Below, in pieces: positions 9,678 to 19,137 of a stretch of DNA of 64,000 nucleotides. Under the pieces are notes generated by a model. It ran no database searches. It worked only from the letters and a program-made list of their open reading frames with translations, and was not told the DNA's origin. The translations under genes and the position numbers were made by a program. How positions within the stretch are numbered: the first letter of the stretch is position 1; each line of letters begins with the position of its first letter. This DNA comes from Tyzzerella sp. (GTDB lineage Bacteria > Bacillota > Clostridia > Lachnospirales > Lachnospiraceae): assembly GCA_017472665.1 (NCBI GenBank), contig JAFUOS010000025.1, positions 3,072 to 67,071 of the forward strand, read 5' to 3'.

Positions 9678-9801
9678 TATTACTAGAGATACCCCTCTGG
9701 CATAGATATTTAAAAATTTCTTAGGATTGTGAAAATTGTCGAAATAATTAATGACGAGTACAAAAAATGTTGATATAATAAGGTCGAGCAGGAGGTGCAC
9801 T

Positions 9802-11622
9802 ATGGAAGAAAGAGAGAGACCAGGAACGGAACGTTCCAATAGAAGTCGAAATGCAAGAAGAGCTCGTGCCAGAAAGCGTCGAAAAAGAAATCTGGCGCTC
9901 AAAGTGATACTCTTTTTTATAATAATAGTAGGTGTTATTGGAGGAGCATTTTTAATTAAGAAATATGGCCCAACAAAAGAAAGAGCAGATTTGAATGAGT
10001 ATTATGGTATAGAAAACGAAAATCAGCTTGCGGTTATTATAGATAACGAGGTCCTTGGAGCGAAAGGAATCTTATTAGATGGAAAAGCGTATGTCGAGTA
10101 TTCGGTGGTACGCGATTATCTGAATGATCGGGTTTATGTAGACTTTAATGAAAATATTTTATTGTACACGTTGCCGGAAGGAACCATCAGGGCTGATGTA
10201 GGAAGTGCAGATTATACACTTCAGAAAGAAAAGAAAAGTGCCGGATACACTATCTTGAAGATGGAGGGAAATACGGCATACGTTGCGCTTGACTTTGTAC
10301 AAGAATATACGGATATTGAGTTTCAAACATATGAAGAGCCAAGCCGCGTCATGATTGTAAGTGATTGGGGCGAGACTACGGTTGCTACAATTAAACGAGA
10401 TACTCAGGTTAGATACCGTGGCGGTGTGAAGAGCCCGATTTTAACGGATGTATCTAAAAAAGACGAAGTGACCGTCATTGAGGATGAAGATGATTGGAAA
10501 AAAGTCCGTACCGAAGACGGATACATTGGATACGTAAAAACAAACTGCCTGAAAAATGAGCAGGTCAAAGTGACTGACAGAGATTTTGAAGAGCAGGTAT
10601 ATTCTAATATTTCAAAAGACTACACAATCAATTTAGCATGGCATGTGGTAACAAACAAGACAGCAAATGATAGCGTGCTGTCGATGATTGCCGATACAAA
10701 AGGGTTAACGACCATTTCGCCAACTTGGTTCACTGTAGCCGATACAAGCGGTAATATTAATTCGTTAGCAAGCTCGCAGTACGTGAACTATGCACATCAA
10801 TCAAATATCGAGGTTTGGGCATTGGTAAGAGACTTTGACGGAGGTATTGATTCTTATGAGGAATCTTATGAACTGTTAAGTCGTACTTCAAGCCGTGAAA
10901 ACCTGATTAATCAATTGATTGCAGAAGCATTAAAGACAGGTGTTGATGGAATCAATGTTGATTTTGAAAAAATCTCAACAGAGTGCGGAGAGCATTACAT
11001 TCAGTTTATTCGTGAGTTGTCTGTAAAATGTAGACAAAATGGAATTATTTTATCAGTAGATAATTATGTTCCAAAAGGATACAATGCACATTATCACTTG
11101 AAAGAACAAGGAAAAGTAGCCGACTACGTTATCATCATGGGATATGATGAACATTATAGTGGTTCTTATGAAAGTGGTCCTGTGGCATCATATGAATTTG
11201 TAAAATTCGGAATCGAAGAAACTTTAAAGGTTGTACCGAAAGAAAAGACCATCAATGCAGTTCCTTTCTTCACGAGATTGTGGAAGGAAGTGCCGAAGAC
11301 AGAAGGAGAACTTGCAGAGCAGGCAGGTACAGAAGCAGGCGAATACGCGGTGAAAGTAACGAGTGTTGCTTATGGAATGAGCGAGGCAGAACGAGTGATT
11401 GCAAATGCAGGAGCAGAGATTATTGTGGATGAGGCGACTGGTCAAAATTATGCACAGTGGGAAGCCGACGGCGCCACATACAAGATCTGGCTGGAAGATG
11501 AGACTGCATTAGAAGCAAAATTACAATTGATGAAGGAAAATGACCTGGCGGGAACTGCCGCTTGGAGACTTGGATTTGAAAAATCGGACACATGGGAACT
11601 GATTTTGAAATATGTTAATTAA
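9802..11622 (+). CDS. Membrane-anchored SH3 + GH18 glycoside hydrolase (spore/cell-wall hydrolase-like)
   Basis: DGINVDFE catalytic motif, IMGYDEH, AAWRLG; ATG 9802 behind GGAGG. Confidence 0.88.
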   Translation: MEERERPGTERSNRSRNARRARARKRRKRNLALKVILFFIIIVGVIGGAFLIKKYGPTKERADLNEYYGIENENQLAVIIDNEVLGAKGILLDGKAYVEYSVVRDYLNDRVYVDFNENILLYTLPEGTIRADVGSADYTLQKEKKSAGYTILKMEGNTAYVALDFVQEYTDIEFQTYEEPSRVMIVSDWGETTVATIKRDTQVRYRGGVKSPILTDVSKKDEVTVIEDEDDWKKVRTEDGYIGYVKTNCLKNEQVKVTDRDFEEQVYSNISKDYTINLAWHVVTNKTANDSVLSMIADTKGLTTISPTWFTVADTSGNINSLASSQYVNYAHQSNIEVWALVRDFDGGIDSYEESYELLSRTSSRENLINQLIAEALKTGVDGINVDFEKISTECGEHYIQFIRELSVKCRQNGIILSVDNYVPKGYNAHYHLKEQGKVADYVIIMGYDEHYSGSYESGPVASYEFVKFGIEETLKVVPKEKTINAVPFFTRLWKEVPKTEGELAEQAGTEAGEYAVKVTSVAYGMSEAERVIANAGAEIIVDEATGQNYAQWEADGATYKIWLEDETALEAKLQLMKENDLAGTAAWRLGFEKSDTWELILKYVN

Positions 11623-11700
11623 GTTTACGTGGGAAGGACTGAATATTCAGTCCTTCTTTTTCATATATCTCTTATAAATAGGTATAAAGAGGTATCTCTA

Positions 11701-12375
11701 GTGAAGCGAAAAATAGAACTTTTTATGACATTGCTGCTGCTTTTGGGAATGATTGTGGTCAGTAGAAAATTAAGTCAGCTGGTGACTAGTGAAAAGGTGG
11801 ATACAGACGAGAAGGGGAATCCGATTGTAATAATCGATGCCGGACATGGACAGGATGACCCGGGAAAAGTGGGCGTAAATGATGCTTTGGAAAAAGATAT
11901 TAACCTTCAAATTGCATTGAAAGTAAAGGCTTGTTTGGAGGAAAAAGGCATTCAAGTGGTGATGACGAGAGAGGATGATGTGGCGGAGGAATCAAAACTT
12001 GGAGATATGAAAAAGAGGGTGGAGCTGATTAATGAGGTGAAACCAGCGATTGCGGTCAGCATTCATCAGAATAGCTATTCCGATGTGAGTATAAAAGGAG
12101 CGCAGGTTTTTTATTATACGGACTCGGAAGTGAGTAAAGAAGCGGCGTCCATCATGCAGGAGGAGCTTCGAACGATTGATGAAACGAATAAGAGAGAAAT
12201 TAAGGCAAATAATACATTTTATATGTTGAAAAAGACAGAGGTGCCAACGATTATTGTGGAGTGTGGTTTTCTTAGCAATCCGGAGGAAGCGGAAAAATTG
12301 GTGACAGAGTCCTACCAGGACGAGATGGCGGCAACGATTTGTTCCGGTATTATAAAGTGGCTGGAGCAGCAGTGA
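11701..12375 (+). CDS. N-acetylmuramoyl-L-alanine amidase (Amidase_3, CwlD-like)
   Basis: IDAGHG, EKDINL, SIHQNS, VECGFLSN; GTG start at 11701. Confidence 0.88.
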   Translation: MKRKIELFMTLLLLLGMIVVSRKLSQLVTSEKVDTDEKGNPIVIIDAGHGQDDPGKVGVNDALEKDINLQIALKVKACLEEKGIQVVMTREDDVAEESKLGDMKKRVELINEVKPAIAVSIHQNSYSDVSIKGAQVFYYTDSEVSKEAASIMQEELRTIDETNKREIKANNTFYMLKKTEVPTIIVECGFLSNPEEAEKLVTESYQDEMAATICSGIIKWLEQQ

Positions 12376-12409
12376 GTATGTACATCTTGCACAAGAATGC
12401 GAGCCGTTC

Positions 12410-12438
12410 TTGAATAATAACAGGAATAATGTTATAAT
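12410..12438 (+). promoter_or_regulatory. sigmaA promoter of the sua5 operon
   Basis: TTGAAT-17-(TG)TATAAT. Confidence 0.65.
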
Positions 12439-12445
12439 GAAAGTT

Positions 12446-13969
12446 ATGAAAACGATAATAGAAAAAATCGACAAACATCATATTGATATACAAATCATGG
12501 AGAAGGCTGGCGAGATACTGAAAAAAGGCGGTCTTGTGGCATTCCCGACAGAAACCGTGTATGGATTAGGAGCCAATGCACTTGACGAGGAAGCCGCAAA
12601 AAAGACCTATGCAGCGAAGGGCCGTCCATCTGATAATCCGTTGATTGTTCATATTGCAGATGTGGAGGCACTGGATGCGATAGCAAAGCATGTTTCGGAG
12701 AAGGCAAGGCGAGTGATAGAAAAGTTCTGGCCAGGACCATTGACATTGATTTTTGAGAAGACGGATCTGGTACCTTTTGGTACGACAGGCGGACTGCAGA
12801 CAGTAGCAGTCAGGATGCCGGTAGATGAGATTGCGCTTGCGTTAATCCGTGCAGGAGGGGGCTATGTGTCAGCTCCGAGTGCGAATACCTCTGGCAGACC
12901 AAGCCCAACGACTGCCGCGCATGTTGCAGATGACCTGGATGGTAAGATTGAGATGATTCTGGATGGAGGAAGTGTGGACATTGGAGTAGAGTCGTCCATT
13001 CTTGACATGACCGTCGATCCACCGATGATTCTCAGACCAGGGGCAATCACGAAAGAGATGTTGGAAGAAGTGATTGGCGAGGTTGCCGTTGACAAAACTT
13101 TACTCTCAGATACGAGTGGAGAAGCTCCAAAAGCACCAGGCATGAAGTATCGACATTATGCGCCGAAAGCGCAGCTTATGATTGTGGAAGGTGATACGGT
13201 CGAGGCTGTGAAAGCCATCAAGCAGATTGCTTATGAACAGACCAGGCTGGGATATCGTGTTGGAATTATTGCAACAAATGAAACAGCAGATTTTTATACA
13301 AATGGAGTTGTAAAAAACATTGGCACAAGGAATAATGAAAATTCAATTGCCAAAAACCTGTATAAAGTGCTGCGTGAATTTGACGACGAAGAAGTAAGCT
13401 ATATTTATAGTGAGGCATTTGCAGAAGAGGGCATTGGAAATGCGATTATGAACCGTCTGGATAAAGCGGCAGGACACCATACGATACAGGCGAAGGATAT
13501 CACGAGACTGCAAAAGTATAGGAGGGTCTTGTTTGTAAGTAACAGTGATAACTGCAGAGGACCGATGGCAGCAGAAATCTTACGACATCAGTCACTTTTG
13601 CAGGAATATCAGATTGGTTCCCGCGGAATGGTAGTACTTTTTCCGGAGCCAGCGAATCAGAAGGCAGAAGCAATTATGCGGAGTCACCAGATGACTTTGG
13701 AAGACCACGAAGCAAGAGCACTTGAGGAGTCCGATTTGGATGACGAGACGCTTGTGCTTACGTTTGAGGAGCCCCAGAAATGGAAGATTATTTCTGAGTA
13801 TCAACATGTAAAAAACGTGTATACTTTAAGTGAGTATATAGAAGATGAGAGAACCATTTACTCAGCACATGGACAACCATTGGTTGTTTATGGAGAGAAT
13901 TTTGAACTGCTTAGAGAACTGCTTGGAAAATTGGCGGACAAATTGAATGAGGAGGCAAAACGCAAATGA
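12446..13969 (+). CDS. tsaC: Threonylcarbamoyl-AMP synthase Sua5 fused to a degenerate LMW phosphatase (YwlE-like) domain
   Basis: AFPTETVYGL, KGRPSDNPLIVH, SAPSAN, PGMKYRHYAP; C-terminal RVLFVSNSDNCRGPMA. Confidence 0.9.
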   Translation: MKTIIEKIDKHHIDIQIMEKAGEILKKGGLVAFPTETVYGLGANALDEEAAKKTYAAKGRPSDNPLIVHIADVEALDAIAKHVSEKARRVIEKFWPGPLTLIFEKTDLVPFGTTGGLQTVAVRMPVDEIALALIRAGGGYVSAPSANTSGRPSPTTAAHVADDLDGKIEMILDGGSVDIGVESSILDMTVDPPMILRPGAITKEMLEEVIGEVAVDKTLLSDTSGEAPKAPGMKYRHYAPKAQLMIVEGDTVEAVKAIKQIAYEQTRLGYRVGIIATNETADFYTNGVVKNIGTRNNENSIAKNLYKVLREFDDEEVSYIYSEAFAEEGIGNAIMNRLDKAAGHHTIQAKDITRLQKYRRVLFVSNSDNCRGPMAAEILRHQSLLQEYQIGSRGMVVLFPEPANQKAEAIMRSHQMTLEDHEARALEESDLDDETLVLTFEEPQKWKIISEYQHVKNVYTLSEYIEDERTIYSAHGQPLVVYGENFELLRELLGKLADKLNEEAKRK

Positions 13970-14388
13970 TAGGAATTGGATGTGACCATGGTGGTTATCA
14001 GTTGAAATTGGAGATTATCAAATATTTAGAAAAAGAAGGTTTTGAGTACAAGGATTTTGGATGCGATGGAGAGTCAGTAGATTATCCGGTATATGCAAGA
14101 AAAGTAGGACAGGCTATTTTAGATGGAGAATGTGAAAAAGGTATTCTGATTTGTGGAACTGGAATTGGCATTTCCATTGCGGCAAATAAGATGAAAGGTA
14201 TCCGCTGTGCACTTTGTTCCGATTGTTTTTCAGCAGAGGCAACGAGACTTCACAATGATACCAATATTGTAGCATTAGGTGGCCGTGTGATTGGTCCTGA
14301 GTTGGCAGTAAAGATTGTAGATACTTTCTTGAAAACACCATTTTCAGGTGATGAACGTCACATACGTCGCATTGGTATGATTGAATAA
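13966..14388 (+). CDS. rpiB: Ribose-5-phosphate isomerase B
   Basis: GCDHGG, VDYP, CGTGIG, HND.N, RHIRR. Confidence 0.95.
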   Translation: MIGIGCDHGGYQLKLEIIKYLEKEGFEYKDFGCDGESVDYPVYARKVGQAILDGECEKGILICGTGIGISIAANKMKGIRCALCSDCFSAEATRLHNDTNIVALGGRVIGPELAVKIVDTFLKTPFSGDERHIRRIGMIE

Positions 14389-14400
14389 GGAGAAAAATAT

Positions 14401-14889
14401 ATGACTGGAAAGAGAAAAGATTACATTTCGTGGGACGAGTATTTTATGGGAGTTGCAGTGCTTTCCGGCATGCGGTCCAAAGACCCGAGCACACAGGTTG
14501 GATGTTGTATTGTGAGTCAGGATAATAAGATTCTTTCTATGGGATACAATGGACTTCCGATGGGATGCTCAGATGATGAATTTCCGTGGTCCAGAGAGGG
14601 AGAGAATCCGCTTGAAACCAAGTATCTTTACGTCGCCCATAGTGAGCTCAACGCGATTTTGAACTACAGCGGTGGAAGCCTTCATGGGGCGAAATTATAT
14701 GTGTGCTTATTCCCTTGTAACGAATGTGCAAAAGCAATTATTCAGTCAGGTATAAAAGAAGTTATCTATGATAGTGATAAGTATGCAGATACTCCGGCTA
14801 CGATTGCGTCTAAAAAGATGATGGACGCAGCAGGTGTAAAGTACCGTCAGTATCAACATACTGGAAGAGAGATTAAATTTACAGTTTAA
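14401..14889 (+). CDS. dCMP deaminase
   Basis: WDEYFM, RSKDP, HSELNAI, PCNEC. Confidence 0.92.
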   Translation: MTGKRKDYISWDEYFMGVAVLSGMRSKDPSTQVGCCIVSQDNKILSMGYNGLPMGCSDDEFPWSREGENPLETKYLYVAHSELNAILNYSGGSLHGAKLYVCLFPCNECAKAIIQSGIKEVIYDSDKYADTPATIASKKMMDAAGVKYRQYQHTGREIKFTV

Positions 14890-14951
14890 AGTACATACTT
14901 GTGAAAAGCAAAGCATAAGATGTAGCAATACTCTTTGAAAAGAGGAATGCT

Positions 14952-15470
14952 ATGTCTTTTTTGCTTTATATCAGTGATTTGATCGTGCCGCTTGTGATAT
15001 TTGGAATCGTCGTATATGGAATGCTGATGAAGGTGAATGTATATGACGAATTCATAAAGGGAGCGAAAAAAGGTTTTTTTACGGTAATTAAGATTATGCC
15101 GACTTTGATTGGACTCATGGTGGCGGTTGGAATTTTGAGAGCGTCTGGTTTTTTGGATTTTCTGGCTGATTTGATTGGAAAATTAACGTCATACATAGGG
15201 TTCCCATCGCAGCTTGTACCGCTTACAATCGTAAAAATGTTTTCTTCGTCGGCGGCAACGGGGTTACTACTCGATTTGTATAAGGAATATGGAACGGACT
15301 CACGGATTGGGCTGATTGCGTCTATTATGATGAGCTGCACGGAGACGATTTTTTATACGATGAGTGTGTATTTTATGACGGCGAAGGTTAAGAAGACGAG
15401 ATATACACTGGCGGGGGCGCTGGTGGCGACGCTTGCAGGGATAGCGGCAAGTGTGTGGCTGGCGGGGTAG
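14952..15470 (+). CDS. spmB: Spore maturation protein B
   Basis: VYDEFIKGAK, SCTETIFYTMSVYF motifs. Confidence 0.88.
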   Translation: MSFLLYISDLIVPLVIFGIVVYGMLMKVNVYDEFIKGAKKGFFTVIKIMPTLIGLMVAVGILRASGFLDFLADLIGKLTSYIGFPSQLVPLTIVKMFSSSAATGLLLDLYKEYGTDSRIGLIASIMMSCTETIFYTMSVYFMTAKVKKTRYTLAGALVATLAGIAASVWLAG

Positions 15471-15480
15471 ATTCAATTAG

Positions 15481-15561
15481 GGACAGGGATAAAGTCAATT
15501 GGGGACGTAGTAAAATTCAATTTACTCCCGTCCCCGATTGACTTTATCCCTGTCTTTTTTT
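15481..15561. repeat. Long GGGAC/GTCCC-type inverted repeat (REP-like hairpin/terminator)
   Basis: GACAGGGATAAAGTCAATTGGGGACG pairs with CGTCCCCGATTGACTTTATCCCTGTC, followed by a T tract. Confidence 0.65.
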
Positions 15562-15574
15562 GCAAAAAATGCCT

Positions 15575-15787
15575 TCAAGTCCGCAGTTCTTTCGCCTGTC
15601 TGATCAAGAATCGGTACCTTTTCCACGCTGCATTGCTCTCGAAAATGTAACAATCAATTAAATCCGGGTCCATTGCGTTTTGAAAGTTCGTGTAAGCGTT
15701 ATCCATCTGTGTTTTTACGCGTTCAATTTCCTGCAGAAGTTCATAATCCAGATTCGATCTCTGGGGTGTTTTTTTAAACAAATTCAT
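15575..15787 (-). CDS. YaaL/DUF2508 family protein
   Basis: NF..A.DPDLIDCYIFE..A..RY.FL motif; next to bofA. Confidence 0.8.
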   Translation of the reverse strand: MNLFKKTPQRSNLDYELLQEIERVKTQMDNAYTNFQNAMDPDLIDCYIFESNAAWKRYRFLIRQAKELRT

Positions 15788-15914
15788 AAAGCACCTCCTG
15801 TCACTTTACAATTTTCTTTGTTTTATAGTATAGACAAGGGAATACAATAAAATACCATATTTGCATTCTTTTTCTAAGGAAATACACATAGATTTATAAA
15901 AAAAGGAATTCTCT

Positions 15915-16100
15915 ATGAAAAAATTTTTAACACGCGCGATTTTAGGAATGTTCTTAATTTTTTGCATCAATCAATATCTTACATATAAAGGAATTTCGTT
16001 AAACGTAGGGCTGAATGTAATATCCTTTTTGACATCTGGAACCCTTGGTTTACCTGGGGTTGCACTGCTTTATGGTGTTTTGGCGCTTGAAATTTTATAG
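15915..16100 (+). CDS. bofA: Pro-sigmaK processing inhibitor BofA
   Basis: Small hydrophobic protein with VGLN..SGTLGLPGV. Confidence 0.8.
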   Translation: MKKFLTRAILGMFLIFCINQYLTYKGISLNVGLNVISFLTSGTLGLPGVALLYGVLALEIL

Positions 16101-16264
16101 AAATTGCACAAAAATAAAAAAATTGTTCCAAACCACTGGACAAGAAAAAAAGTCGTGTTTATAATACGACGTACAAGTTAGTTATTCTAAAATTTCTAAA
16201 ATCGATGCCGCATTCCGGCATACATTCCAAAAGCAAAATTTTATAAAGAACGAGGAGGATTTGT

Positions 16265-17227
16265 TTGAATGAAAAAAATCTAGTGATATGTGATGAAGAA
16301 TTTCGATATGCAGAGAGATTGAGTGAAAATATTTCTGGACGCAGCGAATTGGCATTAAAAATTTATACCTGCACTGATCTGGAACACGTCATGGAGCTTT
16401 TAAACGATAGAGAAATTCACATTTTAATTATTGATGAAGTCTTTACACAGGAAGAGAGGGCGAAGATTCAAGCGGAACAGGTCTTTGTGTTAACAAAAGA
16501 AGCTTGCAAAGATTTGAGAAGTGGAGAAAAAGAGGTGTCCAAATTTCAGTCCTCCGATCAAATTTTGGCTGAAATTTTTGAGACTTACTTTGAAACAACG
16601 AATCAAAACATCCTAAAAAGTGTAAAAAAATCAACATGCAAGATGATTGCCGTGTATTCGCCGATTCATCGTATTGGGAAGACAACATTTGCGGTTGCGC
16701 TGGGAAAAGAACTGGCAAGGAAAGAAAAAACGCTGTACTTAAACATGGAGGAATACGCAGGTGTGGAGGGTCAGTTCATGAAGGCGGAGGGCAGAAACCT
16801 AGGGGATTTGTTGTATTATATGCGGCAGGAAAATGGCAATACGCCGCTTCGGTTATCCACAATGGTTGGAAAGCTGGGTGAGCTGGATTATATACCACCA
16901 ATTCTCATTAGCACAGACTTGAAAGAAATCAAATTAGAGGAATGGAAACAATTATTAGAAACAATTTTAGAAAACAGTGCCTATGAGAATGTGGTTTTAG
17001 ACTTGGGTGAAGGAGTACAAGGGCTATTTCACATTCTGCAATTATGCGACAGGATTTATATGCCTGTACTGGACAACACCATTTCCAAACGAAAATTAAA
17101 TCAATTTGAAGAGGAATTGAGATGCCTTCAAATGCAGAATTTGATGCAAAAAACGCATCAGTTTACAGCGGTGGAGGATATGGAGACGTATGCAAGAAAG
17201 ATTACGAAGGAGGAAAAGAAAGAATGA
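16265..17227 (+). CDS. Receiver-like + ParA/MinD-like P-loop protein (CpaE/TadZ-like)
   Basis: VYSPIHRIGKTT; first gene of the Tad operon. Confidence 0.7.
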   Translation: MNEKNLVICDEEFRYAERLSENISGRSELALKIYTCTDLEHVMELLNDREIHILIIDEVFTQEERAKIQAEQVFVLTKEACKDLRSGEKEVSKFQSSDQILAEIFETYFETTNQNILKSVKKSTCKMIAVYSPIHRIGKTTFAVALGKELARKEKTLYLNMEEYAGVEGQFMKAEGRNLGDLLYYMRQENGNTPLRLSTMVGKLGELDYIPPILISTDLKEIKLEEWKQLLETILENSAYENVVLDLGEGVQGLFHILQLCDRIYMPVLDNTISKRKLNQFEEELRCLQMQNLMQKTHQFTAVEDMETYARKITKEEKKE

Positions 17228-18433
17228 TACATGCAGAGGAATTACACGAGGAAATTTTAGAAAAACTGGACTTGTCACAAGAGGTGGACGATGATCAATT
17301 GTTGGAGCTGATTCATAATGTTTTAGAAACAAGAGGCAGAGAGAGGCACATTCCGTTAAAGGAAAAGGCAGTGCTTGGAAAAGAACTCTTTAATGCTTTT
17401 CGGAAACTGGACATTTTGCAGGAACTAATCGAGGATGATGACATCACGGAGATTATGATCAATGGCACGGATAATATCTTTATTGAGAAAAATGGGCGAT
17501 TGTATCAATTGCAGAAGAGGTTTGTCTCAAGGACAAAGCTGGAAGATGTGATTCAACAGATTGTGGCGGGAGCAAATCGAATTGTCAACGAGGCATCTCC
17601 GATTGTAGATGCACGACTGGAAGATGGTTCGAGAGTGAATATTGTACTTTTTCCAGTTGCACTGAATGGACCGATTGTTACGATTCGAAAATTTCCAAAG
17701 GAGATGATTACGATGGAGGAGTTGATTCATCGCGAATCTATCAGTAAGGAAATGGCAGAATTTCTCGAAAAACTGGTTATTTCCAGGCACAATATTTTCG
17801 TAAGTGGAGGTACGGGTTCTGGGTAAAACAACATTTTTAAATGCACTTTCGGACTACATTCCAAAAGATGAAAGGATTATTACAATTGAGGATTCTGCGG
17901 AGCTGAAAATATCTGGCGTTCCTAATCTGGTTCGCTTAGAAGCGCGTAATGCAAATGTGGAAGGGACAGGGGCCATTACGATTCGAGATCTGTTGAAGTC
18001 GTCTCTGCGTATGAGACCGAGCCGCATTATAGTCGGCGAGGTTCGTGGAAGTGAGGCAATTGATATGCTGCAAAGTCTGAATACTGGTCATTGCGGGGCG
18101 AGCAGCGGACATTCGAATAGTCCAGAGGACATGCTAAGCAGACTGGAGACGATGGTCTTAATGGGAATGGACATTCCGCTTGCTGCGATACGAAGGCAAA
18201 TTGCATCGGGGATTGACATAATCGTGCATCTGGGAAGGCTTCGCGACAAAAGCAGGAAGGTGCTAAAAATGGTAGAAGTTCTTGGATATGAGGAAGGGGA
18301 AGTGAAGCTTCAGACCTTGTTTGAATTTCAAGAGCGGGAAGTAGTGAGTGGGAGAATTCAAGGAGAATGGGCAAAATTACATGAAATACAAAATACGGAA
18401 AAATTATTGGCAGCAGGATATCGCAAAGCATGA
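17224..18433 (+). pseudogene. cpaF: CpaF/TadA pilus ATPase split by a +1 frameshift in Walker A (pseudogene, recoded gene or sequencing error)
   Basis: 17224-17826 gives ITEIMING..VDARL..SRVN..VSGGTGSG then TAA; the +1 frame continues GKTTFLNAL..IEDSAEL..LRMRPSRIIVGEVRG. Confidence 0.85.
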
Positions 18434-19136
18434 ATATGCAAGAGCAATTTTGCAGGGAATTTTATTAATCACTATCGTTTCTTATTTGTTCTATGGCACA
18501 GTTTTATATGCAATTCTATTATCACCGTACTTAATCTGGTATGTAAAATCCTGGGAGAGACAGATGATACAGAGGAAAAAGCAGGCGTTTCAAATGCAGT
18601 TTAAAGAGGCAATCCAGTCCTTGTCGGCGGCATTGAATGTTGGTTACTCGGTTGAAAATGCAATGCGGGAAACATGGAAGGATTTGCAGCTTTTGTATAA
18701 AAATGATGAGCGGATTCTTGGAGAATTTCGCTATATGATACGCCAGTTGGAGATGAATCTCACGGTGGAGGTTATTTTAAAAGAATTTGCCATCAGGACC
18801 GGCGATGAGGAGGCTTTGATGTTTGTGACCGTTTTTTCTATGGCAAAACGGAGCGGGGGAGATATGATTGCTATTATTCGAGATGCTGTTTATCAGATTG
18901 GCGAGAAAATTGATGTGAAGCGGGAAATTCACACGATGATGGCCTCGAAGAAACTGGAGTTTAAGATTATGAGCGCCGTCCCTTTTGCAATGATCTGCTA
19001 TATAAAAATCAGTTTTCCAGAATTTTTGGATGTTTTGTATGGAAATGTAATAGGGGTGATTGTCATGAGTGTGTGCCTTGTGGTATATGTAGGGGCCTTT
19101 GAACTTGGGAAGAGAATCGTGGAAGTTGAGGTGTGA
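18348..19136 (+). CDS. TadB-like (T2SS F domain) pilus assembly protein
   Basis: LSAALNVGYSVENA, AKRSGGD; TM helices; true start probably near 18381. Confidence 0.8.
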   Translation: MGEFKENGQNYMKYKIRKNYWQQDIAKHEYARAILQGILLITIVSYLFYGTVLYAILLSPYLIWYVKSWERQMIQRKKQAFQMQFKEAIQSLSAALNVGYSVENAMRETWKDLQLLYKNDERILGEFRYMIRQLEMNLTVEVILKEFAIRTGDEEALMFVTVFSMAKRSGGDMIAIIRDAVYQIGEKIDVKREIHTMMASKKLEFKIMSAVPFAMICYIKISFPEFLDVLYGNVIGVIVMSVCLVVYVGAFELGKRIVEVEV

Positions 19137-19137
19137 T

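Noticed and set aside
11992-12474. 160-aa minus-strand ORF
   Set aside because: Overlaps the amidase and sua5; no RBS or motifs
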